The notes below the pieces were generated by a model that saw only the letters and a list, made by a program, of their open reading frames with translations, made no database searches and was not told where the DNA came from. Source: an uncultured delta proteobacterium (GTDB lineage Bacteria > Desulfobacterota > Binatia > Binatales > Binataceae). From it: 64,000 nucleotides of DNA. The stretch covers positions 1,024,001-1,088,000 of the forward strand of contig CAWCDG010000004.1 of NCBI GenBank assembly GCA_963794325.1, given 5' to 3'. Numbering within the stretch: the stretch's first letter is position 1; each line of letters begins with the position of its first letter. The position numbers and the translations under genes were made by a program. Shown here piece after piece: positions 18,484 to 28,209 of this stretch.

Positions 18484-19242
18484 TTACAGCCGCTGCCAGG
18501 TGGCCACCGCGCGATTATACATCGCGCGTCCGTGACGCAGGTCGTACACCCCCAACACGCCATCGGAGAATCCAGCCGCCTTGGCCGCAGCCTCGGACGC
18601 CTCATCGAACTTCTGATCGGCGCTGACGTAGAGCATCAGGATACCCCCGAGATGCAACCCCTGGCCCGCGATCTTGAAAATCTCCGGCGTTACTCCGACG
18701 GCCCGCGACGTAATCACTTCGTAGCCGTCGCGCACATCGAACGTCTCCGCCCGGACGCATTCGACGCGGACACTCTGCAGGCCCATCTCGATCGCAGCCT
18801 CGGTCAGGAACGTCGCGCGCTTGCGCCGCGCCTCGACCAGCGTCACCTGCGCATTGATTGCCGCCGCGATCACCAGGCCGGGAAACCCGGCGCCGCTGCC
18901 GATATCCAAAAAACGATGGGCCCGGTCCAAGCGCAGAACCTTCGCGCTGACTGCCAGCGAGATCGGAATGATACTGTCGAACATATGGAACACGATCTCG
19001 TCGGGGTCCTGCGGATGCGCTGTCAGGTTTATCTTCGGTCCCCACACCGCAATCATCGAGGCCATCCGCTCGATCCGGTTGAGGAACTGGACCGTATTAC
19101 TGACGACCCCGAGCGGCGCGATCGCCGGCGCCAGTTGAGCCCGCACCGCGGCGCCAATCGCCTCGGGCGTCATGACCTTCTTCTTGGCGGGCGCCTTGGG
19201 ACTTCGCTTCTTCGGGGGTTTTGTCGTGCTCTTATGTTTCAC
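18484..19242 (-). CDS. rsmG: 16S rRNA (guanine-527-N7) methyltransferase RsmG/GidB
   Basis: INLTA, HMFDS, DIGSGAGFPG, SRAV; start uncertain (GTG 19242 inside parS, or ATG 19173). Confidence 0.93.
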   Translation of the reverse strand: MKHKSTTKPPKKRSPKAPAKKKVMTPEAIGAAVRAQLAPAIAPLGVVSNTVQFLNRIERMASMIAVWGPKINLTAHPQDPDEIVFHMFDSIIPISLAVSAKVLRLDRAHRFLDIGSGAGFPGLVIAAAINAQVTLVEARRKRATFLTEAAIEMGLQSVRVECVRAETFDVRDGYEVITSRAVGVTPEIFKIAGQGLHLGGILMLYVSADQKFDEASEAAAKAAGFSDGVLGVYDLRHGRAMYNRAVATWQRL

Positions 19243-19250
19243 GTGAAACG
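19235..19250. promoter_or_regulatory. parS site 3
   Basis: TGTTTCACGTGAAACG. Confidence 0.92.
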
Positions 19251-19300
19251 TCGATTGCAAAAAGTTAAGTATCTGATCTTATTGAAGAATCACGCCAAAA

Positions 19301-19316
19301 CGTTTCACGTGAAACG
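19301..19316. promoter_or_regulatory. parS site 4
   Basis: CGTTTCACGTGAAACG. Confidence 0.92.
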
Positions 19317-19340
19317 TTCAGTTCCCGCCCGGAATGGCCC

Positions 19341-21218
19341 TCAGATCGCGCGCGCATTGCGGTCGCGCCGGCTCTTAATATGCACCGCCAAAATCGAGAT
19401 TGCCGCCGGCGTGATTCCCGGCATCCGGGCCGCCTGCCCCAGCGATCGCGGCCGCACTGCGCATAGCCGCTCCGATACCTCGGTCGAAAGTCCCATCACG
19501 CCCTTGAAATCCACCCAATCCGGAATCTGTGTGTCCTCGAGGCGCGCGAACCGCTCGACCGCCTCAGCCTGCCGCCGAACGTAGCCCTCGTACTTTATTT
19601 CAGTTTCGAGCTCGGCCGCTTCGTCGAGGTTCAGCGTTGTCTCGACCCCGCTCATCTTAATCAAAGCGTCGTAGCCTATTTCCGGGCGCTTGAGCAGCTC
19701 GATCGCACGCACCGGCTGCGTGATTGGCGTCGATCCCGCCGCCGCCATCGCCGCATTCACCTCGTCGGACGCCGGTATCAGCGCCAGCTTCAGGCGCTCG
19801 ATCTCGCCGCGCACCGCCTCGGTCTTGGCCCGAACCCGCGCGCCCGCCGATGCGTCCAACAGTCCGAGCTGCTCGCCAATCGGCGACAGCCGCCGGTCCG
19901 CATTATCCTCGCGCAGCAGCAAGCGATACTCCGCGCGCGAGGTGAACATCCGATACGGCTCGCCGCCAATCCCGCGGGTCACCAGGTCGTCGATCATCAC
20001 CCCGATATACGCCTGGTCGCGCCGCAGGATCAGGGCCGACTCGCCGCGCACCTTGAGCGCCGCATTGATCCCCGCAATCAGACCCTGCGCGCCCGCCTCC
20101 TCGTAACCAGTCGTCCCGTTGATCTGCCCGGCGAAAAACAACCCGCCCACCAGCTTGGTCTCGAGCGACGCGGTCAACTGCGTCGGGTCCGAGAAATCGT
20201 ACTCGATCGCATAGCCTGGCCGCATTATCTCGGCCTGCTCGAGCCCGACGATCGACCGAACCATCGCTTGCTGCACATCGAGCGGCAAGCTGGTGGACAG
20301 CCCGTTGGGATATACCTCGACCGTATCGCGGCCCTCGGGCTCGAGGAAAATCTGATGCCGCAGCTTGTCCCGGAAGCGCATCACCTTGTCCTCGACCGAC
20401 GGGCAATAGCGCGGCCCCTTGCTCTGGATAACGCCGGAGTACATCGGCGATCGATCGATCCCGCCGCGGATAATCTCGTGAGTGCGCGCGTTGGTCCATG
20501 TCAGATGGCAGGGAATCTGTCCTTGCGCGATCCGCTCGGTGCGGAACGAGAACGGCGGCGGCGGCTCGTCGCCCGGCTGGATCTCCAACGCGGAGTAGTC
20601 GATCGTGCGCCCATCGAGCCGCGGGCAAGTGCCGGTCTTGAGCCGGCCGATGCGAAATCCCAGTTGCGCCAGATGCTCACTGAGGCCCATCGCGGCGAAA
20701 TCGCCGGCGCGGCCCGCCGAATAGTTCTTCATCCCGATATGGACGAGGCCCTTCAGGAACGTGCCGGTGGTGAGAATCACGGTCGACGCCTCGAACACCT
20801 CGCCTATTTGCGACTCGACCCCGCGCACCGCGCCATCCTCGACGATCAGCCGCTCGACGCTCGCCTGCCGCACTTGCAAGTTGGCGGTCCGCTCGAGCAC
20901 CCGCTTGCTGCGCGCCCGATATGCGGCCTTGTCGGCCTGCGCGCGCCGCGCACGAACCGCTGGTCCCTTGCGCGTGTTCAGAAATCGAAACTGGATTCCG
21001 GTCTCGTCGGTCGCGAGGCCCATCTCGCCGCCGAGCGCGTCGATCTCGCGCACCAGATGCCCCTTGCCGATCCCGCCGATCGCCGGATTGCACGACATCT
21101 GCCCGATATGGTCGAGGTTGAGCGTGAGCATTAGCGCGCTCGCCCCCATCCGCGCCGCGGCGAGCGCCGCCTCGATTCCGGAATGTCCGGCGCCAACGAT
21201 GATCACGTCATAGTTCAT
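19341..21218 (-). CDS. mnmG: tRNA uridine-34 modification enzyme MnmG/GidA
   Basis: GQMSCNPAIGG, RLKTGT, GPRYCPS, GQINGTTGYEEA, YRMFTSRAEYRL. Confidence 0.98.
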   Translation of the reverse strand: MNYDVIIVGAGHSGIEAALAAARMGASALMLTLNLDHIGQMSCNPAIGGIGKGHLVREIDALGGEMGLATDETGIQFRFLNTRKGPAVRARRAQADKAAYRARSKRVLERTANLQVRQASVERLIVEDGAVRGVESQIGEVFEASTVILTTGTFLKGLVHIGMKNYSAGRAGDFAAMGLSEHLAQLGFRIGRLKTGTCPRLDGRTIDYSALEIQPGDEPPPPFSFRTERIAQGQIPCHLTWTNARTHEIIRGGIDRSPMYSGVIQSKGPRYCPSVEDKVMRFRDKLRHQIFLEPEGRDTVEVYPNGLSTSLPLDVQQAMVRSIVGLEQAEIMRPGYAIEYDFSDPTQLTASLETKLVGGLFFAGQINGTTGYEEAGAQGLIAGINAALKVRGESALILRRDQAYIGVMIDDLVTRGIGGEPYRMFTSRAEYRLLLREDNADRRLSPIGEQLGLLDASAGARVRAKTEAVRGEIERLKLALIPASDEVNAAMAAAGSTPITQPVRAIELLKRPEIGYDALIKMSGVETTLNLDEAAELETEIKYEGYVRRQAEAVERFARLEDTQIPDWVDFKGVMGLSTEVSERLCAVRPRSLGQAARMPGITPAAISILAVHIKSRRDRNARAI

Positions 21219-21334
21219 GATGAATCAGCGATTATGACCCCCATGGGCCCAATCGCGCAAAGCACGCCCCGCCACTATATGTATAATTTTCTTATCTACA
21301 GTAGGAGAATCAGATTTCTCTCCGTGAGGTCTCC

Positions 21335-21449
21335 GTCATCCTGAGCGGAGTCTGCGTAGCGAAGGATCTCGCGCGTTAGCGCGTCGGCCGGCAGGCGCCG
21401 AACGCAAGAGCGTCCGTCGAGATTCTTCGCCGCAACGGCTCAGAATGAC
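21335..21449. repeat. Repeat family E inverted doublet (GTCATCCTGAGCG...CAGAATGAC)
   Basis: Left arm identical to 24891-24930; ends are inverted. Confidence 0.85.
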
Positions 21450-21477
21450 GGAGGGGGAATCGTGCCGAGCTGAGAAC

Positions 21478-22867
21478 CTACTTCCCGATGCAGAAATCGC
21501 GGAAGATCGCGTCGAGCACGTCCTCGCCGCTGACCTCGCCAGTGATGGATCCGAGCGCCGATGCGGCCGCCATTATATCGACCGCGACAATCTCCGGCGG
21601 CATCGATGATAACGCGGCGCCGCGCGCGTTCTTGAGCGCTTCCAGAGCCATCGCAAGCGCATCACGATGCCGCTCGCGCGAGATCGCGATTTGATTGTTG
21701 GTGGTTGGTGCGGATGGATCGACAAGCGCCGCGATCGCCTTCGTCAGTTCGGCGCGCAGGATTGCAGCCTCGCCGATATCGATCGCGGAGAACGGGAGCA
21801 TCGGCAGTGACAGGCCGTGCTCTCGCAGATCACCAGCAGAGATCGCATGCGGGCAGGTCGCGCTTGTTCAGGATCGCGAGGCCGGGACGATTCGACGTCA
21901 GGCGAATCACTTCCCGATCCGCCGCTTCGAGCGGGCGCGACGAATCGAACATCGCAATCAGCAGGTCCGCGTCGCGCGCCGAGCGTAACGTGCGCTCGAT
22001 TCCAATCCGCTCGACAACGTCGGCCGATTCGCGCACCCCCGCGGTATCGTTGAGCACCAGCGCGTACGGCCCAAGCTGGACTGAGTCTTCGATCACGTCG
22101 CGAGTAGTGCCGGCGATCGCCGTGACGATCGCGCGGTCGGCGCCGAGCAACAGATTCAGCAGGCTCGACTTGCCGGCGTTGGGCTTGCCGACGATCGTCG
22201 CGCGGACCCCTTCGCGCATCAGGAGGCCGCGCGCGAAGCTGTCGTGCAGCATCGCAACGTCGGCAATCAGCCGCTCGATCTCGGCGGCAACCTCGCGCCG
22301 CGACGGCATCCGGATGTCCTCGTCGGAGAAATCGATCTCGACTTCGAGATGCGCGCGAATCGCAATCACCTGGGCGCGCAACTCCGCGACCCGCGCCGAA
22401 AGTGCGCCCGAGAGCTGCGACAACGCGTTCGTGAGCGCGGACTCGCTGCGCGCTCCGACGATATCGGCAACCGCCTCAGCCTCCGCCAGATCCATCCGGC
22501 CGTTCAAAAATGCGCGGCGAGTGAACTCGCCCGGCTCGGCGATTCGCGCGCCCGCATCGACGGCGATCGCAACGATGCGCCGGACGACGAACGGCCCGCC
22601 ATGGCATTGGATTTCGGCAACGTCCTCGCCAGTGAGGCTCGCCGGATGCGGCATCACGACCGCCAGCGCGCGATCGATGCGCGCGCCAGTGGCGGGATCG
22701 ACAACGTCGCCCAGTCGCATCACGCGCGGCGTGATCTCGGTAATGCGCGCTGGGTGAAACATCGCCTCGAGGATTTCGACTGCGCGCGGACCGGATAGGC
22801 GCACAATTGCAACGGCGCCGATTCCCGGCGCTGTGGCAGGAGCTACGATCGTGTCGGCGGCGTACAT
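21478..22867 (-). CDS. mnmE: tRNA modification GTPase MnmE, with a 1-nt frameshift near 21848
   Basis: DTIVAPAT, TGEDVAEIQCHGG, GKPNAGKSS, DTAG, NKRD in one frame; C-terminal IFRDFCIGK in the next frame. Confidence 0.93.
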
Positions 22868-22886
22868 AGGTAGAGGAACGAATTGT

Positions 22887-22987
22887 ATGTGAAACCCTTC
22901 GCGGGTTTCACGCTTCCGCGGCAGGGGTGACCCCTGCACCCAGTATTAATCGCAAAATGGCGAGGACGCCATTTTGCTCTCAGGTTC
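22887..22987 (-). repeat. Repeat family A copy 7
   Basis: Core at 22921-22937; forms a ~100-bp imperfect inverted pair with 23424-23533. Confidence 0.93.
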
Positions 22988-22996
22988 TTGGTTTTG

Positions 22997-23071
22997 GTGG
23001 CACAGGCTTTAGCCTGTGATCTTTCTGGTCCATGTATCCAGGAAAGAATCACAGGCTAAAGCCTGTGCCAC
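22997..23071. repeat. Family D REPIN (inverted REP doublet)
   Basis: GTGGCACAGGCTTTAGCCTGTG-N31-CACAGGCTAAAGCCTGTGCCAC. Confidence 0.9.
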
Positions 23072-23114
23072 GTGAGCAATGCCAGCGATAACTCAGATAC
23101 AGTGAAGCCATCTG

Positions 23115-23387
23115 ATGAAGATTGGGCATTTCATTCCCGTCGTTTTGATCGGCTGGATCCTTCTCGCCCCCTCAATCGATTGCGCGCGGCGGGGGTTGCA
23201 GCGGGAGACGCCGCTGTCGGAATGGGAACGCGGAGACCATTTCTCGTCGCGCGAGAGTTGCGAGAGTTATCGGGCGACGGTGATCGATGCGGAGAAGAGC
23301 GATGCCGAGAACATCTATGTTCAGCGGTATTCGTATTCGATTTGTGTGCAGGATGATGATCCGCGGTTGAAGGAACCTAACCCCTAA
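23115..23387 (+). CDS. Small secreted hypothetical protein (PLSEW...C...C.DDDPRLK)
   Basis: Hydrophobic N-terminus and Cys residues; last codons and stop (EPNP*) come from repeat B. Confidence 0.7.
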   Translation: MKIGHFIPVVLIGWILLAPSIDCARRGLQRETPLSEWERGDHFSSRESCESYRATVIDAEKSDAENIYVQRYSYSICVQDDDPRLKEPNP

Positions 23388-23416
23388 CCCCTTCCCTCGA
23401 GGGAAGGGGAACCGGA
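23374..23416 (+). repeat. Repeat family B
   Basis: AACCTAACCCCTAACCCCTTCCCTCGAGGGAAGGGGAACCGGA. Confidence 0.9.
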
Positions 23417-23423
23417 TTGTTGG

Positions 23424-23533
23424 AGAGAGCGAAAAGGTCGTCCTCGCCGTTTTGCGATTAGTACTTTTCACTGGGTGCAGGGGTCACCCCTGCCGAAGGA
23501 AGCGTGAAACCCACGGAGGGTTTCACGTTTAAT
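23424..23533 (+). repeat. Repeat family A copy 8
   Basis: Core at 23477-23493. Confidence 0.93.
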
Positions 23534-23707
23534 CAGTTCTCCCTCTGGCGGGCGGGGTGCTTGCTCAATTGCGTGCGGTATGGTTCGATTGCGTGTTCGG
23601 AGTCTATCCAGAATACCACTACCTGATTTTGCCGGACTAAAAGATACCGACCTACTAACCGACCTCGCCGGTCGGAATTCAAAACCGAGTGAAGCTGGCC
23701 CCGAGCA

Positions 23708-23866
23708 ATGAAAAGGACCTACCAACCACATAACCGCCGACGCAAACGAACCCATGGATTCCTGGCACGGATGGCCACGCCGGGCGGACGCAAAATACTC
23801 AAGCGCCGCCGCGCCAAGGGCCGCACCCGCCTTGCAATCTCGATCCCGCCCAAGCAGCCGGGCTAG
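23708..23866 (+). CDS. rpmH: 50S ribosomal protein L34 (not in the supplied ORF track)
   Basis: [52 protein letters not shown]. Confidence 0.97.
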   Translation: MKRTYQPHNRRRKRTHGFLARMATPGGRKILKRRRAKGRTRLAISIPPKQPG

Positions 23867-23873
23867 CATTGCA

Positions 23874-24251
23874 GTGCGTGCGCAATTGAGCTTCGCGGCG
23901 GCCGACCGGCTGCATCGGAGCGCGGAATTTTTGCGCCTCCAGCGAAATGGCGTGCGATTCCAGAGCCCCCATTTTGTGCTGTATGCGGGTAGTCTCGATA
24001 TCGAGCCGGAGCGCTCGCGCCTGGGCGTCACAGTGTCGCGCAGAATTGGCAACGCGGTGGTGCGGAACCGGGTGAAGCGGCGGGTGCGCGAGTTTTTCAG
24101 GAAAGTGATGCGGGCGGAGTTGCCGCCGCGGACGTCGATCGTGGTGATCGCGCGGGGCGGTGCGGGTGCGCTCGAATCGGGCGCGATCGGCGATGAACTT
24201 GCGATGGCGGCGCGGAATATCAGTGGACGAATTGTTGGGCGGGGTCAGTGA
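23874..24251 (+). CDS. rnpA: Ribonuclease P protein component
   Basis: RLGVTVSRRIGNAVVRNRVKRR (RNR motif); follows rpmH. Confidence 0.95.
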   Translation: MRAQLSFAAADRLHRSAEFLRLQRNGVRFQSPHFVLYAGSLDIEPERSRLGVTVSRRIGNAVVRNRVKRRVREFFRKVMRAELPPRTSIVVIARGGAGALESGAIGDELAMAARNISGRIVGRGQ

Positions 24252-24269
24252 TGAGAGAGAACCTATCAA

Positions 24270-24358
24270 GATCGCCTGCGCGGCGAGCGGCAGGGGTGAC
24301 CCCTGCACCCAGTGAGAATCGCGAAATGTTGAGGACAACCTTTCGCTCTCAGGGTCGG
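24270..24358 (-). repeat. Repeat family A copy 9
   Basis: Core at 24290-24306; same module combination as copy 2. Confidence 0.93.
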
Positions 24359-24515
24359 GGGGCGGATGGCGAGCGTAAAGGTGTGATGTTCGGCTTTCAT
24401 CCATCGCGGTGCGCGTGCCGCATGACAACTAACCCCTTTTTTTTCAGTTTTTTCAGTATTAAGGCCGCGCTCCGTTGTCGCGCGCGGATCGAGGGGCGTG
24501 GTGATGGCGCCAGAT

Positions 24516-24600
24516 AACCTAACCCCTAACCCCTTCCCGAACGGGAAGGGGGACCGGATTATTGGGAGTAACCTTTTCCCGAGCGGGAAGGGGGACCGGA
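24516..24600 (+). repeat. Repeat family B with a tandem second hairpin
   Basis: Same two-hairpin layout as 48148-48232. Confidence 0.88.
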
Positions 24601-24608
24601 AGGCGAAG

Positions 24609-24860
24609 ATGGCACCGCGATTCGTTGCGGCGGGGGCGATTGCGATTTATCGGGCGGCGGTTTCGCCGGTGATTCATGCGATGAATGGGCCCGCGTGCAG
24701 GTTCGAGCCGAGCTGCTCGGTGTATGCGCGCGATGCGATCACGGAGTACGGGATCGTTCGCGGCGGTATCATGGCGATTTGGCGGATCGCGCGATGCAAT
24801 CCGATGGGTGGTCATGGATTTGATCCGGTGCGAGGGCGAGCTGCGAAGGTGGTGCGATGA
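24609..24860 (+). CDS. yidD: Membrane protein insertion efficiency factor YidD
   Basis: CRFEPSCS.YA, RIARCNP.GG.GFDPV; the upstream ORF extension is translated repeat B. Confidence 0.93.
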   Translation: MAPRFVAAGAIAIYRAAVSPVIHAMNGPACRFEPSCSVYARDAITEYGIVRGGIMAIWRIARCNPMGGHGFDPVRGRAAKVVR

Positions 24861-24890
24861 AGCGGAGTTGCAGCCCGCTCTTTTCTTTGT

Positions 24891-25011
24891 GTCATCCTGA
24901 GCGGAGTCTGCGTAGCGAAGGATCTCGCGCGTCTGTGCGCGTTATAGCCAGCGCCGGACACCGGAGTGTCCGTCGAGATTCTTCACTACAGCGGCTTCCG
25001 TTCAGAATGAC
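24891..25011. repeat. Repeat family E inverted doublet
   Basis: GTCATCCTGAGCGGAGTCTGCGTAGCGAAGGATCTC...GAGATTCTTC...CAGAATGAC. Confidence 0.85.
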
Positions 25012-25113
25012 ACAAAAAAGTGAGTGCGCGAGGATTGTGGTCGATGCCGGCTAACCTAACCCCTAGCCCCTTCCCTCGAGGGAAGAGGAACAATCGCAGG
25101 AAAAGAAATCAAG

Positions 25114-26814
25114 TTGGATTCTAGTCGAGTACTGCTTGCGGTTATTTTGTCGATCGTGCTCGTGGTTGCTTACCAGGAGCTGGTGCTGAAGCGGTTTTTT
25201 CCGCCGCCGACTGAACAGCAGCAGCAGGCGGCCGAGCAGGCGAAGGCCAAAGCGGCACAGGGGAATGTGCTCGGCAACGGGCAGGCGACTGGCACTGCGG
25301 TTCCTGAAGCGGCTGGTACTGCCGCGGCGAGGGGACAGCAATCCACTCCGATGACCTCGATGGCGTCGGTGCCTGAGCGGACTGTCGAAGTTGATTCCGA
25401 CTTTTACGTCGCTGTGTTTACTACCCATGGCGCGCGGCTGAAGAGTTTCACGCTCAACAAATATCGGCAGTCGCCCGACAAGAACAGTCCGCCTTACGAG
25501 ATGGTGCAGACCAAGCCGGGAGGGCATCTGCCGCTGGGCGCGGTGATCAGGCGTAGCGGGGAAATTATCGACGACAGCGATCTCAGTTACGATACGAATG
25601 CGCCCGCGAAAATACATCCGGCGGCCGGAGCGGGCGCTACGCTGAGCTTCAGCGCCAAGGCCGCCGACGGCACGACTATCACCAAGACTTTCACGTTCAA
25701 ACCGTCGAGCTACGTATTTTCCATGGACGTGGCTGCCACTGGCGGTCCGGCGGTGAGCCAGCTCGGCGTGTCGATGAGCCAGCCGCTGACGGCGCATGAG
25801 GGGTACTACGATATCCCCGAATTGCAGGCCGACGTTAGCGACAAGGTGATCACCCACAACGAGAAGAGCATGAAGACCCTGAAGCCGGAAGATGCGACGA
25901 GCACGGGTCCGATTACATACGCGGGCTTCGGCGATCGGTATTTCCTGGCGGTCTTTTTGCCGATGGATCCGAAGGTGGGCACGCTCACGATGGCATTCGC
26001 GGGCGATGAAGCGATCGCGCGAATCCTGTTTGACGGCGCGACGCGCACCCATGATGAGATCTACATGGGGCCGAAGCTGCTCGACGCGCTGGAAGCGGTG
26101 AATCCGGCGCTGCACAAGGCGATCGATTTCGGCTGGGCGGGAATCCTGGCGCTGATTTTTCTGCGGACGCTGAAAGTTTTCCATTACATCGCGCCCAACT
26201 ACGGCGTCGATATTATTTTGCTGACGGTGTCGATTCGAATCGCGTTCCTGCCGATATCGATCAAAAGCCAGCGCTCGATGATGAAGATGCAGCGCTTGCA
26301 GCCGCAGATTCAGCGGCTGCGCGACAAGCTCAAGGACAACAACGAGCAGTTGCAGAAGGAGATGGTCGATCTCTACAAGCGCAATCACGTCAATCCGCTG
26401 GGCGGATGCGCGCCGATGGCGCTGCAGTTGCCGATTTTCATCGGTTTGTACGAGGCGCTGCTGAACTCGGTCGAGTTGCGGCATGCGCCATTCGTCGCCT
26501 GGATAAATGATCTGTCGACGCCCGACTGTCTGCATATTTCCTGGATGCCGCAGCTTCCGCTGACCCATTGCCATGGCCTGCCGGTGCTGGTGCTGCTGAT
26601 GGGGGTGACCAGTTTTCTGCAACAGTACATGACGCCGACCACGCCCGATCCGAATCAGCAGCGGATGATGATGCTGACGCCGCTGATTTTCACGATCATG
26701 CTGATAAACTTTCCAGCCGGGCTGGCTTTGTACTATTTTTCATCGAACCTGCTGGGCGTTATCCAGCAATACTTTCTCAACCGCGAATTCCAACAATACA
26801 CGCCGGCTACATGA
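25114..26814 (+). CDS. yidC: Membrane protein insertase YidC
   Basis: YMGPK, IDFGW, NPLGGC, ELRHAPF..WI.DLS.PD, FPAGL.LY. Confidence 0.97.
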   Translation: MDSSRVLLAVILSIVLVVAYQELVLKRFFPPPTEQQQQAAEQAKAKAAQGNVLGNGQATGTAVPEAAGTAAARGQQSTPMTSMASVPERTVEVDSDFYVAVFTTHGARLKSFTLNKYRQSPDKNSPPYEMVQTKPGGHLPLGAVIRRSGEIIDDSDLSYDTNAPAKIHPAAGAGATLSFSAKAADGTTITKTFTFKPSSYVFSMDVAATGGPAVSQLGVSMSQPLTAHEGYYDIPELQADVSDKVITHNEKSMKTLKPEDATSTGPITYAGFGDRYFLAVFLPMDPKVGTLTMAFAGDEAIARILFDGATRTHDEIYMGPKLLDALEAVNPALHKAIDFGWAGILALIFLRTLKVFHYIAPNYGVDIILLTVSIRIAFLPISIKSQRSMMKMQRLQPQIQRLRDKLKDNNEQLQKEMVDLYKRNHVNPLGGCAPMALQLPIFIGLYEALLNSVELRHAPFVAWINDLSTPDCLHISWMPQLPLTHCHGLPVLVLLMGVTSFLQQYMTPTTPDPNQQRMMMLTPLIFTIMLINFPAGLALYYFSSNLLGVIQQYFLNREFQQYTPAT

Positions 26815-27812
26815 GTAAAATGGACTCGATAGAAATCACGGGAATCTCGGTAGACGAGGCAGTCAAAGAAGCGCTCGAGCAGCTTGGCGCAACCGAAGAC
26901 GAGGTGTCATTCGAAGTGCTGGTGACACCGCGGGTGGGCATGCTCGGACTGGGGACGCGCTACGCGAAGGTGCGAGTGACGCGCAAGAGCGCGCTGGCCG
27001 CCGCAAATCCACCGAAGGCATCGCAGCCGGCGCAAGGTGCGCAACCGCAAGCGCGCAACCAAGGCGCGCCGGAAGGGCGTCCTCGCGGCCGCGAGAATCA
27101 ACGGCGCGGGCGGGGTGACACTCGGGCGCGCCAGAATCCACCGGCGTCCACCGCCGAGGATGATAGCGGTGCGGCCGGGCGCAAGAGCGCCGATCTCGAG
27201 GAGCAGCGCCGCGAGGCGATGGAGATCCTCAAGCAGATTCTCGAGAAGATGGGCGAGCCGACTGACGTGCGTCAGATCGAAGTCGATGCGGATACCGTCG
27301 AGATCGAGATAAAAGGCGACGGATCCGGGATTCTGATCGGACGGCATGGACAGACCCTCGACGCGCTCGAGTACATCGTGAATCGTATCCTGGCACGGCG
27401 AATCAAGGATGCGGCGCCAATTTCGCTCGAGACCGAATCGTACCGCGCGCGACGCCGCCAGCAATTGCATCGGATGGCGCTGTCGATGGGCGAGAAGGCC
27501 AAACGCGAGCATAAGCCGGTGCGCCTCGAGCCGATGCCGCCGCGCGAACGCCGCGTGGTGCATCTGGCGTTGAAGGACGATCCAATGGTCACGACGCGAT
27601 CGGCGGGCGACGGGATCATGCGATCGATCGAGATCGTGCCGGCGGATGGCGGGCGTGCGCAGCCGCGCGCAGACGGGCAGAATCGCGGGCGTCGGCGCGA
27701 TCCCGAGCGAACGCCTCGCGAGCCGGAGGTTGAGAGAATCGAGCCTGAGCGCGGGAATGAGGCGATTGGCGAGCAAGGGGGATTCAAGCACGGTCAGAAG
27801 CGGATTGTGTAG
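26811..27812 (+). CDS. jag: RNA-binding protein Jag/EloR (Jag_N, KH, R3H)
   Basis: GISVDEAV, LIGRHGQTLDALEY, ERRVVH. Confidence 0.93.
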   Translation: MSKMDSIEITGISVDEAVKEALEQLGATEDEVSFEVLVTPRVGMLGLGTRYAKVRVTRKSALAAANPPKASQPAQGAQPQARNQGAPEGRPRGRENQRRGRGDTRARQNPPASTAEDDSGAAGRKSADLEEQRREAMEILKQILEKMGEPTDVRQIEVDADTVEIEIKGDGSGILIGRHGQTLDALEYIVNRILARRIKDAAPISLETESYRARRRQQLHRMALSMGEKAKREHKPVRLEPMPPRERRVVHLALKDDPMVTTRSAGDGIMRSIEIVPADGGRAQPRADGQNRGRRRDPERTPREPEVERIEPERGNEAIGEQGGFKHGQKRIV

Positions 27813-27825
27813 GGCGGGGAACGAA

Positions 27826-27936
27826 GGAACTTAATTGTAAGCGGAACCCACCGTGGGTTCCGCACCTCCCTCGGCAGGGGTGACCCCTGCACCCAGTATT
27901 AAAAGAAAGATGCGGGACTTCGTCCCTGTTAGAAGT
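27826..27936 (-). repeat. Repeat family A copy 10
   Basis: Core at 27874-27890; GCGGAACCC..GGGTTCCGC variant. Confidence 0.93.
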
Positions 27937-27979
27937 TCGTGAGGCGGAGGCTTTTCTTCGCGTCCGGTTCCCCACCTAT

Positions 27980-28120
27980 TCCCTCGCCCTCTCGTGGGGA
28001 GAGGGACATTTGTGTGGCGCGGTTGTCTGTTGCGCTACACTCTTCAGAATCCCGGAAAATTTGGTCCCTCACCCGGCGCTCGAAGACGAGCGTCGACCTC
28101 TCCACACATGGGGAGAGGGG
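27980..28120. repeat. Family G palindromic element (CCCTCACCC...CGACCTCTCC..GGAGAGG)
   Basis: Related to 59405-59567 and 42178-42212. Confidence 0.65.
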
Positions 28121-28209
28121 AAGAAGGAGCGGGACGGCATAAGGAAAATAGGAACGGGCGCGATCCATTTTTGGATCGCGCCCGTTTTTTGTTGCGAAGA
28201 GGTTCGCGG

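Noticed and set aside
21282-21310. TTATCTACA near mnmG as an E. coli-like gidA-linked oriC
   Set aside because: Only a single mismatched box with no cluster, DUE or trios; insufficient by itself, although the skew switch is nearby
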